A stretch of 64,000 nucleotides of DNA from Clostridia bacterium (lineage in GTDB: Bacteria > Bacillota > Clostridia > TANB77 > CAG-508), in contig JAFXGW010000042.1 in assembly GCA_017536685.1 (NCBI GenBank), positions 47,313 through 111,312 on the forward strand, given 5' to 3'. Made by a program: the position numbers and the translations under genes. The number at the start of each line of letters is the position of its first letter. Within the stretch, counting starts at the first letter, position 1. Of this stretch, positions 31,585 through 42,739 are shown one piece after another. The notes beneath the pieces are model-generated. The model was not told the origin of the DNA and made no database searches. It saw only the letters and a program-made list of their open reading frames with translations.

Positions 31585-32593
31585 TTGGCTTTTTTAATCA
31601 ATGTTTTTAAAGTCGTATTTTTATTAGGTTTTTTAATATTCATACATGAGGGTGGACATTTTTTTGCAGCTAGATTATTTAAGGTAAAAGTTGAAGCTTT
31701 TTCTATTGGATTTGGACCTAAAATTTTTACTAAAAAAGGAAAAGAAACTGAATATAGTTTAAGTCTTATCCCTTTTGGTGGATATGTAAAAATGACTGGT
31801 GAAAATGAAAAAAGCGATGATGAAGGAGCTTTTTGTAATGCAAAAGTTCTTCATAGAATTATAATTGTTGCAGCAGGTGCAATTGTAAATATTATTTTTG
31901 CGATTACAGTGTTCTTTATTTTATCAGTATGTTCAGGGTACAATATATCTACAACAGTTAGCGGAAAAGTGCCACAAGCAGAAATGAATTTATCTCGGAA
32001 TAGAAATTGGTGACAAAATATTAAAAATAAATGATGAAAAAATTAGACTAAAATCAGATATATCAGATTGCTTAAAAGATTCTGATGGAAGCGAAATAAA
32101 AGTACTAGTTGAAAGAAACAATGAAGAAATAGAATTAATGGTTAAACCAACTGAATATTCTGATGGTGTATATATTTTGGGTATTCAAGTTGCATTAATA
32201 GACGCAACATTTTCAGAAAAAATTTATTATGCCTTTTGGGAAACAATAAACTTCGTTGAATCAATGTTTGAAAGTATAATAATGTTATTTACTGGAAATG
32301 TAAAAATAGAACAAATGACAGGGCCAATTGGAATTTCTGAAATTGTAGTAAAATCAAGTGGAATATATGATTTTGTATATTTACTTTGTTTAATATCATT
32401 ATCACTTGGTGTAACAAATCTTTTACCAATACCAGCTTTAGATGGTGGAAGAATATTTTTGCTTATAATTGAAGGAATTCGTGGAAAAGCACTAAAAGAA
32501 GAAATAGAATTAGGAATTCAATCAGTAGGTTTTTTACTATTAATTTTACTCTCACTTTATGTGTCTTATAAAGATATTTTAAGAATTTTTTAA
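31585..32593 (+). CDS. rseP: RIP metalloprotease RseP, needing a +1 shift at CGG 31996-31998
   Basis: HEGGH zinc motif in the first frame; PDZ segment (GIEIGDKILKIND) and NLLPIPALDGG in the +1 frame, open from 31997. Confidence 0.92.
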
Positions 32594-32610
32594 AAAGGAA
32601 GTATAGAAGT

Positions 32611-33186
32611 ATGAAATGTAGTATTTGTGGAGCGAAATTAAAAAAAGAGGGAGATATTTGTATTAATTGTTACAAAGAGTTTCAAGAGGAAGAAGACCTA
32701 AAAAAAGACAATGAGGAAAGATTAAAAATAAAGAGAAAATATTCAATTTCTTATGAATTTTTTAAATATATAGAAGTAATTGTAATTTGTATATTATCTA
32801 TTGTTATTTGCATAAGCTCAGGTGGAATTCTAGAAGCTCTTGGGGTAATTGTAATTTGTGCATTGGTAATGGGATTTTTATTATTTATAGATAAAAGAAT
32901 TGCAATGGGAACTAAAGCGACATTTTACAACAAAAAAGCTGTTTATAAATTTAAATTAGCATTTATAGATACAACAAAAGTGGTAAAATATACAGATATA
33001 AGTGACATAAGATATTTCCAAACAAATAGACAAAAGAAATATGGATATGGAGATTTATGCATATATACAAAAGGAAAAATTCCTGGCTCAGGATTTTTAA
33101 ATGGATTCCAAATTAAAAATGTGGAAAATGTAGAAGAGGTTTTTGGAAAAATAGGAGAAATTCTAGGAGTACAAGCAGAAGAATAA
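32611..33186 (+). CDS. Membrane protein with an N-terminal CxxC-CxxC ribbon and a bacterial PH-like domain
   Basis: CSIC…CINC, two TM helices, I-Y-Q---QK-YG-GD pattern. Confidence 0.6.
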   Translation: MKCSICGAKLKKEGDICINCYKEFQEEEDLKKDNEERLKIKRKYSISYEFFKYIEVIVICILSIVICISSGGILEALGVIVICALVMGFLLFIDKRIAMGTKATFYNKKAVYKFKLAFIDTTKVVKYTDISDIRYFQTNRQKKYGYGDLCIYTKGKIPGSGFLNGFQIKNVENVEEVFGKIGEILGVQAEE

Positions 33187-33201
33187 GAAAAAGAGGAAAA
33201 T

Positions 33202-36200
33202 ATGCCAAAATATATAAAAGAAGTTTTCAATGATTATGGGATTAATAATAATTTAATAGAAGCAGAAATTGAGAATATAAATTTATATAAAAAAACAAAT
33301 AAATTACTAATTAAAGTTGCATCTTCAAAAGAAATTACTTTGCAAGATATGGAAAGTTTTGAAAGCTATTTGGTAAATGTTTTTAAGGTAAATAAAGCTT
33401 CTATTGATATTAACTATGGGAATTTAACAATAGAGCAAAACATACCTGAAAACTGGAATAATATAATAAAATATATTGGAAAAAAAGAACCGTTTAGCAA
33501 AGCTATTTTGACTAATAGCAAACCAGAAATAGTTGGTCAAGACTTGCATGTAAAGTTATCTATGAAAGGTGCTTCTTTTTTAGTTGCGCAAAAATTTGAC
33601 AAAGGATTAGAACATTTACTTGGAAATTTATATAACAAACAATATACAGTTGACTTTGTTGAAGATGTTTCAGAAGATTTTGAAAAAAAATTGTTAGAAA
33701 AGAGAAAACAAGAAGAAAAAGAAGCGTTGATGGAACTTGAAAGACAAGCTCAGATTGAGGTTGAGCAAGCTAAAGAAAGAAAAAAACAAGAAAAAGAAGC
33801 TGAAAAAGAAAGAAAACGTGAAGAAGATGAAAAGTTAAAAGAAGAATTAAGAAAACAAAATCCAGAACTTGCAGCAAAAATTGAAGCGCACCAAAATAAA
33901 GCTCCAGAAGTCAAAGACGAAGCGTCACCTTTAATTTTAGGTAGAAGCATGATGATAAGAACTGAGCTTATAAAAATAGAAAACATTCCGATGACTGAAG
34001 ACGCAGATTTAAGAGTTTGTGTTGAAGGTGAAATTTTAGAAGGTTCAATAGATTCAAGAGATATTAAAGATGAAAAAGTTATTTTAATGTTTAATTTTTT
34101 TGATGGAACTAGCACAATTGGGTGTAAAGCATTTTTACCAAAAGATAAATTTAAAGAAGTAAAAGGAAGAATATCTTCCGCTAAAGGTTTAAGAATAGAA
34201 GGACAAGCAAGGTATAGTCCATATTCAAAAGAAGTTGAAATTATGGCAAATACAATTTTAGAGTCAACTGGCTTCAAAAAAGAAAAAAGAATGGATAACG
34301 CTCCAGAAAAAAGAGTAGAGCTTCATATGCATACACAAATGAGTCAAATGGATGCAATTACTCCATGCGCAGATTTAATAAAAAGAGCAATTTCTTGGGG
34401 ATGGAATTCAATTGCAATTACAGATCATGGTGTTGTTCAAAGCTTTCCTGATGCGCATAAACTTTTAGGAAAAGTTGGGGATGTTATAAAAGTTATATAT
34501 GGTGTTGAAGCTTATTTCTGTCCAGATAAAGATCCAGCAGTTGTGAACTCTGAAGGACAAGATATAGATACAGAATATTGTGTATTTGACTTAGAAACTA
34601 CAGGTATATCACATATAACAGAAAAAATTACAGAAATAGGAATTATAAAAATTAAAAATGGTGAAATTATAGATACTTTTGAGACATTTGTAAATCCAGA
34701 AAAGCCAATACCACAAGAAGTTGTAGAAGTAACTCATATTACAGATGATATGGTAAAAGATGCAGAAACTATAGATAAAATAATGCCTAAAGTTTTAGAA
34801 TTCATGAAAGGTTCCGTTTTAGTTGCACATAATGCCGATTTTGATATTGGTTTTATGAAATATAATTGTGAACAATTAGGGTTACCTTTTGAATTTACTC
34901 ATATAGATACACTTCGTTTAGCTAAAGCAATATTCCCTGAATTTACAAGATATAAATTAGGTTTTATTGCTGATAAACTTGGAATAAAAGTAGAAGTTGC
35001 CCATCGTGCTTTAGATGACGTTAAAACTTTAGTACAAGTATTTAATGAAATGATACTAAGAGCTAAAGATAGAGATGCTAAAACAATAGATGATTTTGAT
35101 AATGTTTTTGAAATGGATTTTAGAAAGCTTCCAGCATATCATATGATAATTTTAGCAAAAGATTATGTTGGTTTAAAAAATCTTTATAAATTAGTATCTT
35201 ATTCACATTTAGATTATTTCTATAAAAAACCTAGAATTTTAAAATCAATGCTTAACCAATATAGAGAAGGTTTAATTATAGGAAGTGCATGTGAGGCAGG
35301 GGAATTATATAGAGCAATTGTGCAAGGAAAATCTGATGAAGATTTAGAAGAAATTGCAAGTTATTATGATTATTTAGAAATTCAACCTTTAGCAAATAAT
35401 GAATACATGATTCGTGAAGGACAAGTTGAAGGTTGGGATACTTTAAAGAACTTTAATAAAAAGATAGTTGAACTTGGAGAAAAAATGAACAAACCTGTAG
35501 TTGCTACCTGCGATGTTCATTTTATGGATCCTCAAGATGAAGTATATAGAAGATTACTTCAAGCTGCTCAAAAATATGATGATGCAGATAACCAAGCACC
35601 TTTATATTTAAGAACAACAGAAGAAATGCTAGAAGAATTTAGTTATTTAGGTGAAGAAAAAGCTTATGAAGTTGTAGTTACAAATACAAATAAAGTTGCT
35701 GATATGTGTGAAAGAATAAGACCAATTTCACCAGAAAAATGTCCTCCTCATATTCCAGGATGTGAGGAAGATATTAAAAGAATTACTTTTGAAAAAGCAC
35801 ATGAATTATATGGAGATCCGCTTCCAGAAATAATTCAAACAAGACTTGATAAAGAATTAAATTCTATAATAAATAACGGATATTCCGTAATGTATATTAT
35901 AGCTCAAAAATTAGTTTGGAAATCAAATGAAGATGGTTACATAGTAGGGTCTAGAGGTTCAGTTGGTTCTTCACTTGTTGCATTTATGACGGGTATAACA
36001 GAAGTAAATTCTCTTCAACCACATTATAGGTGTCCGAAATGTAAATATTCAGATTTTACTGATTATGGAATTGGAAATGGATTTGATCTTCCAGATAAAG
36101 ATTGTCCGGTTTGTGGTGCAAAACTCGCAAAAGATGGAATGGATATTCCTTTTGAAACCTTTCTTGGATTTAATGGAGATAAAGAGCCTGATATTGACTT

Positions 36201-37626
36201 AAATTTCTCTGGAGAATATCAAGCTAAAGCTCACAAATATACAGAAGTTATATTTGGAAAAGGAACAACGTTCAAAGCTGGAACAGTAGGTACTGTTGCT
36301 GATAAAACAGCTTTTGGATATGCTAAAAATTATTTTGAAGAAAGAAATATAATAAAACCAAATGCAGAAGTTGCAAGAGTATCAGCTGGTTGTGTTGGAG
36401 TTAAAAGAACAACTGGACAGCACCCAGGTGGAATTATAGTTGTACCAAAGGGAAGAGAAATTTTTGAATTTACTCCTGTACAACACCCTGCAGATGATGC
36501 TGGTTCAGATATAGTAACAACTCACTTTGATTATCACTCAATAGATGCAAACCTTTTAAAACTTGATATTCTGGGTCATGACGATCCGACTGTTATACGT
36601 ATGCTTCAAGATTTAAGTGGAATTGCACCAACAGACATTCCTTTGGATGATAAAGAAACAATGTCAATATTCAATTCAACTGATGCTCTTGGAGTTACAC
36701 CAGAACAAATTGGTTCAGAAGTAGGAACTTATGGAATACCAGAATATGGTACAAAATTTGCCCGAGGGATGCTTGTGGACACACGTCCTACAACATTCGA
36801 TGAATTAATTCGTTTATCTGGTTTATCACATGGTACTGATGTATGGCTTGGAAATGCTCAAAGCTTAATTGAAGAAGGAGTAGTTACTCTAAAAGAAGCA
36901 ATCTGTTGTCGTGATGATATTATGGTTTATTTAATGAAAAGAGGATTGCCACCAGATAAAGCATTCAAAATAATGGAAACAGTTCGTAAAGGAAAAGCTT
37001 TAAAAGATCCAGAAAAATGGGAAGGGTTTAAAAAAGTTATGAAGGATTTCGATATACCAGATTGGTATGTTAAATCTTGTGAAAAAATCAAATACATGTT
37101 CCCGAAAGCCCATGCAGCAGCATATGTTACAAATGCTTTTAGAATTGCTTGGTTTAAGGTACATATGCCTCTTGCATATTATGCTGCTTATTTTACAATA
37201 AGAGCAAAGGCATTTGATGCTGAATTTATGATAAATGGAAAAAGAGTTGTAGAAGAAAAAATGAAAGAGATTACTGCTCTTGGGAATAATGCAGCTCCAA
37301 AAGATAAAGATATGTATGACGACTTAGAATTGGTACATGAAATGTATGAAAGAGGTCTAGAATTTTTGCCAGTAGATTTATATAAATCTCATAGTACAAA
37401 GTTTTTGATCGAAGATGGAAAACTTCGTCCACCACTAAATTCAATTGCCGGTCTTGGAAATGTTGCTGCGGAAAGTATTTATGCAGCAAGATGTGAAGAA
37501 CCTTTTGAATGTATTGAAGATATGCAAGCTCGTTCAAAAATTGGAAAATCAGTTACTGAACTTTTAGAAAAATTTGGATGCTTAAAAGGAATGACAAAAT
37601 CAAATCAAATGAGTTTATTTGTATAA
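33202..37626 (+). CDS. polC: DNA polymerase III alpha subunit, PolC type
   Basis: PHP (ELHMHT, AITDH), exonuclease FDLETTG, PDIDLNFSG, GSRGS. Confidence 0.98.
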   Translation: MPKYIKEVFNDYGINNNLIEAEIENINLYKKTNKLLIKVASSKEITLQDMESFESYLVNVFKVNKASIDINYGNLTIEQNIPENWNNIIKYIGKKEPFSKAILTNSKPEIVGQDLHVKLSMKGASFLVAQKFDKGLEHLLGNLYNKQYTVDFVEDVSEDFEKKLLEKRKQEEKEALMELERQAQIEVEQAKERKKQEKEAEKERKREEDEKLKEELRKQNPELAAKIEAHQNKAPEVKDEASPLILGRSMMIRTELIKIENIPMTEDADLRVCVEGEILEGSIDSRDIKDEKVILMFNFFDGTSTIGCKAFLPKDKFKEVKGRISSAKGLRIEGQARYSPYSKEVEIMANTILESTGFKKEKRMDNAPEKRVELHMHTQMSQMDAITPCADLIKRAISWGWNSIAITDHGVVQSFPDAHKLLGKVGDVIKVIYGVEAYFCPDKDPAVVNSEGQDIDTEYCVFDLETTGISHITEKITEIGIIKIKNGEIIDTFETFVNPEKPIPQEVVEVTHITDDMVKDAETIDKIMPKVLEFMKGSVLVAHNADFDIGFMKYNCEQLGLPFEFTHIDTLRLAKAIFPEFTRYKLGFIADKLGIKVEVAHRALDDVKTLVQVFNEMILRAKDRDAKTIDDFDNVFEMDFRKLPAYHMIILAKDYVGLKNLYKLVSYSHLDYFYKKPRILKSMLNQYREGLIIGSACEAGELYRAIVQGKSDEDLEEIASYYDYLEIQPLANNEYMIREGQVEGWDTLKNFNKKIVELGEKMNKPVVATCDVHFMDPQDEVYRRLLQAAQKYDDADNQAPLYLRTTEEMLEEFSYLGEEKAYEVVVTNTNKVADMCERIRPISPEKCPPHIPGCEEDIKRITFEKAHELYGDPLPEIIQTRLDKELNSIINNGYSVMYIIAQKLVWKSNEDGYIVGSRGSVGSSLVAFMTGITEVNSLQPHYRCPKCKYSDFTDYGIGNGFDLPDKDCPVCGAKLAKDGMDIPFETFLGFNGDKEPDIDLNFSGEYQAKAHKYTEVIFGKGTTFKAGTVGTVADKTAFGYAKNYFEERNIIKPNAEVARVSAGCVGVKRTTGQHPGGIIVVPKGREIFEFTPVQHPADDAGSDIVTTHFDYHSIDANLLKLDILGHDDPTVIRMLQDLSGIAPTDIPLDDKETMSIFNSTDALGVTPEQIGSEVGTYGIPEYGTKFARGMLVDTRPTTFDELIRLSGLSHGTDVWLGNAQSLIEEGVVTLKEAICCRDDIMVYLMKRGLPPDKAFKIMETVRKGKALKDPEKWEGFKKVMKDFDIPDWYVKSCEKIKYMFPKAHAAAYVTNAFRIAWFKVHMPLAYYAAYFTIRAKAFDAEFMINGKRVVEEKMKEITALGNNAAPKDKDMYDDLELVHEMYERGLEFLPVDLYKSHSTKFLIEDGKLRPPLNSIAGLGNVAAESIYAARCEEPFECIEDMQARSKIGKSVTELLEKFGCLKGMTKSNQMSLFV

Positions 37627-37652
37627 CTTATTTTTATAAAATATAAATAAGC

Positions 37653-37842
37653 TTAGATATCAAATTGTTATATTGTTCATTTTGTTTTTTTGTTCAAGTA
37701 ATTTAAGTAGAAGTTCTAATTGAATTTTGATAGCGCCCTCATGGTTAATGAGATTCCCTATCAAAATTCTTTAAGAACTTCTAATCCTCAAATTACTTTC
37801 AATGCAAAAACTTCATTCACAATATAACAATTTGATATTTAA
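37653..37842. repeat. Long palindromic element, family B (full copy)
   Basis: Nested stems ATATCAAATTGTTATATTG/CAATATAACAATTTGATAT, TAGAAGTTCT/AGAACTTCTA, GAATTTTGATAG/CTATCAAAATTC. Confidence 0.8.
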
Positions 37843-37890
37843 AAGTATTAAATAATGATATTTATAAAAATAAGTTTGAAAGGAAATATT

Positions 37891-38184
37891 ATGGAATATA
37901 TTTTGAGTTTAATTAATTGGAAATATGTTTTACTATATTTATTAATTATAAATATAGTAGGATTTCTAGCAATGGGAATTGATAAGTGGAAAGCAAAAAA
38001 AGACTGGTGGAGAATTCCAGAAGGAACTTTGATGATGATATGTCTTTTAGGTGGTGGAATTGGCACAATAGCCGGTATGTATAAATTCAGACATAAGACA
38101 AAGAAATTAAAATTTTCTGTTGGAATGCCAACAATATTAATTTCGGAAATAGCACTTGTAATATATTTATTAATAAAGTTTTAA
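37891..38184 (+). CDS. DUF1294 family membrane protein
   Basis: DKWKAK--WWRIPE, GM--FRHKTKK. Confidence 0.9.
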   Translation: MEYILSLINWKYVLLYLLIINIVGFLAMGIDKWKAKKDWWRIPEGTLMMICLLGGGIGTIAGMYKFRHKTKKLKFSVGMPTILISEIALVIYLLIKF

Positions 38185-38211
38185 TAATAAGGATTTATTA
38201 AACAGAGAAAA

Positions 38212-38283
38212 TAATTTGAGGATTAGAAATTCTTAAAGAATTTTGCCAGAAAATCTCATTAACCATGATGGTATTATCAAAAT
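38212..38283 (-). repeat. Partial inverted copy of family B element
   Basis: Reverse complement matches ~37724-37795 (CATGGTTAATGAGATT…CAAAATTCTTTAAGAA-TTCTAATCCTCAAATTA). Confidence 0.8.
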
Positions 38284-38409
38284 GTTTATTACAATAAGTG
38301 TAAAAATGATGAAATATTACATATTTTATACAAATGTAGTAAAAGTCTTGATTTTTAGACAAGTTAAGATATAATTTGTTTGTATATAATAAAATATAGG
38401 ATGTAAAAT

Positions 38410-41400
38410 ATGAAAAAATTAGTAAACTTAACCTATCCACAAAAAGCAATATTGCTTACTGAAAATTTTTACAAAAATACAGCAGTTAATAACATTTGTG
38501 GAACAGCAATTATAGATTCTGCTCTTGATTTTGATGCTTTAAATCAAGCAATAAACATAGTTGTTAAAGAAAATGATGTTTTTAGAGTGACTTTAACCAA
38601 AAAAAATGGAGAAATAAAACAATTCAAGACAGAATATAAAGAAACAAGTTTTGAAGTAATAGATATAAAAGATAAATCTGAAGTTTTCAAAATAGAAGAT
38701 GCATTAATGAGACAAGCATTTAATCTTTTGGATTCGGATTTATATGTGTTTAAAATGTTTAGATTTGAAAATGGTTGTGGTGGATTTTTATTAAATGTGC
38801 ATCATATTATTTCTGATGGATGGACATTAGGATTAGTGTGCAGAAAAATCATGAAAACATATTCAAATATAAAAAATAATGAGCTTGATGAAGAAAATGT
38901 AGAGTTTTCATATTTAGACTATGCAGAAAACGAAAATGATTATATTAATAGTGAAAAATTTATAAAAGATAAAAAATACTGGGAAGAATTATTTAGTGGA
39001 CAAGTTAACCCGGCTATTTTGCCATCTGATAATTCAGAAAAATCAGCAGAATTATCATGTCTTGGAGAAAGAATATCTTTTTCAATATCAAAAGCTAAGA
39101 TGAAATTAATTAGTGAATACTGCATGAAAAACAAAATAACAGTATTTAATTTCCTTATGGCAATTTATTCAATTTATATTTCAAAAATCATAAATTCGAC
39201 GGATTTCTCAATTGGAACACCAATTTTAAATAGAACAAATTTTAAAGAAAAAAACATTGCAGGAATGTTTGTAAATGTTGTTCCTTTTCGTGTTCAAATA
39301 AATCCGGAATTAGAATTTATTGAATTCGCAAAAAGTATTTCAGAGGAAACTATTGGTTTATTAAGACACCAAAAGTATCCATATCAACTTCTTCTTGAAG
39401 AATTAAGAAAAAAAGATTCTTCGATTCCAAATTTATATAATATAGTTTTATCATACCAAATAACTAAGGCCAATAATGAAACAGAATATAAATATTCTAC
39501 AAGATGGGCTTTTAATAAACATGCAACAGATGACATTAGTATACAATTTTTGGATTTAGATGAAGAAGGAAGTTTAACAGTTAGTTATGATTTTAAGAAA
39601 TTAAAATATTCAGAAGATTATATAAAAAGTATGAATTCTAGAATTTTTGAAATGATAAATAAAATTTTAGAAACAGATTCTATTATTATTAAAGATATTG
39701 AAATTATTACAAAGCAAGAAAAAAATAGAATATTAAATAATTTTAATGATACAAAAATAGAATATAACAAAAATAAAAATGTAATAAAATCTTTTAAAGA
39801 AATGGTTCGTAAATATCCAGATAAAACGGCTATTGTTTTCGAAAATAGAAAAATGACTTATAAAGAATTAGATGAAAAATCTAACATTCTAGCAATGACT
39901 TTAAAAGAGAATGGAGCAAATCAAAAAAATATAATAGGAATATGTGTAAACCGTAGCTTAGAGCTTGCAGTTGGTTTATTAGCAATTCTAAAAATTAATT
40001 GTGCATACTTACCAATAGATCCAGAATATCCAGAAGATAGAATTGAATATATGCTGTCAGATAGCCAAGCACAAATTTTACTTGTTAATAAAAGAACTGA
40101 AAATATAATTAATAATTCTAAAATAAAGAAAATTGATATAGGATTAGAATCTAGTATTTATAATAGATTAAATATTGAAGTAGAAGAAAAAATAAATCCA
40201 GAAGATCTAATTTATTTAATATATACTTCTGGTTCAACAGGAAAACCAAAAGGTGTTATGTTAAAACATCAAAATATTACTAACTTTTTAATTGGAACTA
40301 AAAATATAATTAACTTTAATCCAGAAAAAGTTATGGCCTCAATAACAACAATTTGTTTTGATATATTTGTTTTAGAATTCTGGGGGGCATTAACGTCTGG
40401 AATGACTCTTGTTTTAGCAAATGAAGTAGAGCAAAATAATTCAGAAAGCTTGAATAAAATTTGTTTGGAAAATAATGCAACTATGATTCAAACAACACCA
40501 TCTAGATTTAAAGCATTATTAGAAAATCTTGAAAATACAGAATTTATCAAAAAAATGACAGATATAATGGTAGGTGGAGAAGGTCTTCCAAAAGCGTTGG
40601 TAGAAAAATTTGAATCTTTAACAAAAGCTAATATTTTTAATATGTATGGACCAACAGAAACAGCAGTATGGTCAACAATAAAAAAAGTTAAATCAAAAGA
40701 TATGATAACAATTGGAAAACCAATAGCAAATACAAAATGTTATATTTTAGATAAAGATAAAAACTTATTACCAACTTATACACCAGGAGAATTATATATT
40801 GGTGGAGATGGTGTTTCAAATGGATATTTAAATAGAAAAGAACTTACAGATGAAAAATTTGTAGAATCTCCTTTTGATAAAAATGAATTAATATATAATA
40901 CAAGTGATTTAGCCTATTTTACAAATAATGGTGAATTAGTTCATCTTGGAAGAACCGATTTCCAAGTTAAAATTCGCGGTTATAGAATTGAGCTTGAAGA
41001 AATTGAAAGTAAGATAAATAAAATATCAGGAATATTAAATAATGTAGTAATAGCAGATGAAAATCAAAAATATCTTATTTGTTACTATATTGCAAATGAA
41101 GAAATTGATATTAATAAAATTTCTTCTATTTTACTAAAAGAACTACCAAATTATATGATACCAGCTGTGTTTTTCAAAATGGACGAATTTCCACTTACGC
41201 CAAATGGAAAATTAGATAGAAAAAGGCTTCCTAAAATTAAACTTGAAAATACAGATATACAAGTTGGTAAAACAAAAACAGAGAAAATTTTATCTAAAGT
41301 AATTAGCAAAGTTTTAGAAAAAGAAGAATTAGATATAGATACACCGTTCTTGGTATTAGGGCTGGATTCTCTTGGAATAATAGAAGTTCAAACAATGCTT

Positions 41401-42720
41401 CTTCAATATAATTATAATTTAAATACACAAGATTTTTATAAATTTACAACAATAAGAAGTTTAGCAGAAAATATTGATAGTAATATTTATACTTATAAAG
41501 AAGAGGATGCCCAAGTTCCAGTAATGATGAGACATACTTTTGATGAATTAGTATCTAAAGCAGATAAAAAAACAAATGGAATCGAAAATTTAGGAAACGT
41601 ATTTTTGACTGGAGCAAATGGTTTTATTGGGATTCATTTGTTACATGAATTAATGAAAACAACTGATTCAAATGTATATTGTTTGGTTAGATCAAAGAAA
41701 GACCAAAAAGCAGAAGATAGATTAATTGAACAATATAGATTCTATTTTAAAGAAAACATAAAAAAATTACTTGGAAAGAGAATTTTTGTTGTAGAAGGAA
41801 ATATTTCAAAAGATAACATTGGATTAAGTAAAAATGATATTAATAAAATAAAAGCAGATGTAAAAACATTAATCCATACAGCAGCAAGAGTTAAACATTA
41901 TGGGGAATATGAAGTGTTTAATCAAATTAATGTTGAAGGAACAAGAAATGTTGCAAAATTTGCTTTTGAAAATGGTTTGAGATTAATTCATACATCTTCG
42001 ATAAGTGTTTCTGGAAATTATTTAGTAAAACAAGACAACAGAAATGTAGAGTTCTCAGAAAACAACTTATATATTGGTCAAAATTATATGGACAATGTAT
42101 ATGTTCACAGTAAATTTGAAGCAGAAAAAATAGTTCTAGAATACATGGAAAAAGGATTAAATGCACAAATACATAGAATAGGAATTTTATCTGGAAGATA
42201 TCAAGATGGTATATTCCAAGAAAATATTACAGAAAATGCTTTTTATACAAGAATAAAATCAATGGTTGTCTTAGGTGCTGTGTCTGAAGAAATGCTTAAA
42301 CAAAAAATCGAATTTACACCTGTAGACAATTGTTGCAGTGCAATAATATCTTTAGCTAAAAACATTATTGCGGATAATAGAATTTTCCATTTATATAATC
42401 ATAATTTTATAGAAATAGAAGAAATAATAGATGTTTTAAGAAAATTTAATATTAATATAGAAACTGTTTCAGAAAAAGAATTTGAATCTAGAATTATTGA
42501 AATTTCAAAAAGCGATAAGTCACAAATATTATTTGGAATTATTAATGATTTAAATAATACTAAAACATCAACTGCTTCAATAAATTACAACTTTAGTGTA
42601 AATATAAAATCAGAATTTACACAAAAATACTTAAGAGTATTGAAAAAAGAATGGAATAAAATTGATAAAAACTATATAAGAAAAATAGTTAATTATATGA
42701 GAGAGGTTAAATTTATATAA
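38410..42720 (+). CDS. Single-module NRPS, C-A-T-R (terminal thioester reductase)
   Basis: C domain HHIISDG; A domain YTSGSTGKPKG, NMYGPTE, PNGKLDR; T domain GLDSL; R domain TGANGFIG and YVHSK. Confidence 0.92.
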   Translation: MKKLVNLTYPQKAILLTENFYKNTAVNNICGTAIIDSALDFDALNQAINIVVKENDVFRVTLTKKNGEIKQFKTEYKETSFEVIDIKDKSEVFKIEDALMRQAFNLLDSDLYVFKMFRFENGCGGFLLNVHHIISDGWTLGLVCRKIMKTYSNIKNNELDEENVEFSYLDYAENENDYINSEKFIKDKKYWEELFSGQVNPAILPSDNSEKSAELSCLGERISFSISKAKMKLISEYCMKNKITVFNFLMAIYSIYISKIINSTDFSIGTPILNRTNFKEKNIAGMFVNVVPFRVQINPELEFIEFAKSISEETIGLLRHQKYPYQLLLEELRKKDSSIPNLYNIVLSYQITKANNETEYKYSTRWAFNKHATDDISIQFLDLDEEGSLTVSYDFKKLKYSEDYIKSMNSRIFEMINKILETDSIIIKDIEIITKQEKNRILNNFNDTKIEYNKNKNVIKSFKEMVRKYPDKTAIVFENRKMTYKELDEKSNILAMTLKENGANQKNIIGICVNRSLELAVGLLAILKINCAYLPIDPEYPEDRIEYMLSDSQAQILLVNKRTENIINNSKIKKIDIGLESSIYNRLNIEVEEKINPEDLIYLIYTSGSTGKPKGVMLKHQNITNFLIGTKNIINFNPEKVMASITTICFDIFVLEFWGALTSGMTLVLANEVEQNNSESLNKICLENNATMIQTTPSRFKALLENLENTEFIKKMTDIMVGGEGLPKALVEKFESLTKANIFNMYGPTETAVWSTIKKVKSKDMITIGKPIANTKCYILDKDKNLLPTYTPGELYIGGDGVSNGYLNRKELTDEKFVESPFDKNELIYNTSDLAYFTNNGELVHLGRTDFQVKIRGYRIELEEIESKINKISGILNNVVIADENQKYLICYYIANEEIDINKISSILLKELPNYMIPAVFFKMDEFPLTPNGKLDRKRLPKIKLENTDIQVGKTKTEKILSKVISKVLEKEELDIDTPFLVLGLDSLGIIEVQTMLLQYNYNLNTQDFYKFTTIRSLAENIDSNIYTYKEEDAQVPVMMRHTFDELVSKADKKTNGIENLGNVFLTGANGFIGIHLLHELMKTTDSNVYCLVRSKKDQKAEDRLIEQYRFYFKENIKKLLGKRIFVVEGNISKDNIGLSKNDINKIKADVKTLIHTAARVKHYGEYEVFNQINVEGTRNVAKFAFENGLRLIHTSSISVSGNYLVKQDNRNVEFSENNLYIGQNYMDNVYVHSKFEAEKIVLEYMEKGLNAQIHRIGILSGRYQDGIFQENITENAFYTRIKSMVVLGAVSEEMLKQKIEFTPVDNCCSAIISLAKNIIADNRIFHLYNHNFIEIEEIIDVLRKFNINIETVSEKEFESRIIEISKSDKSQILFGIINDLNNTKTSTASINYNFSVNIKSEFTQKYLRVLKKEWNKIDKNYIRKIVNYMREVKFI

Positions 42721-42739
42721 TTAATACGGAGGGATACTT

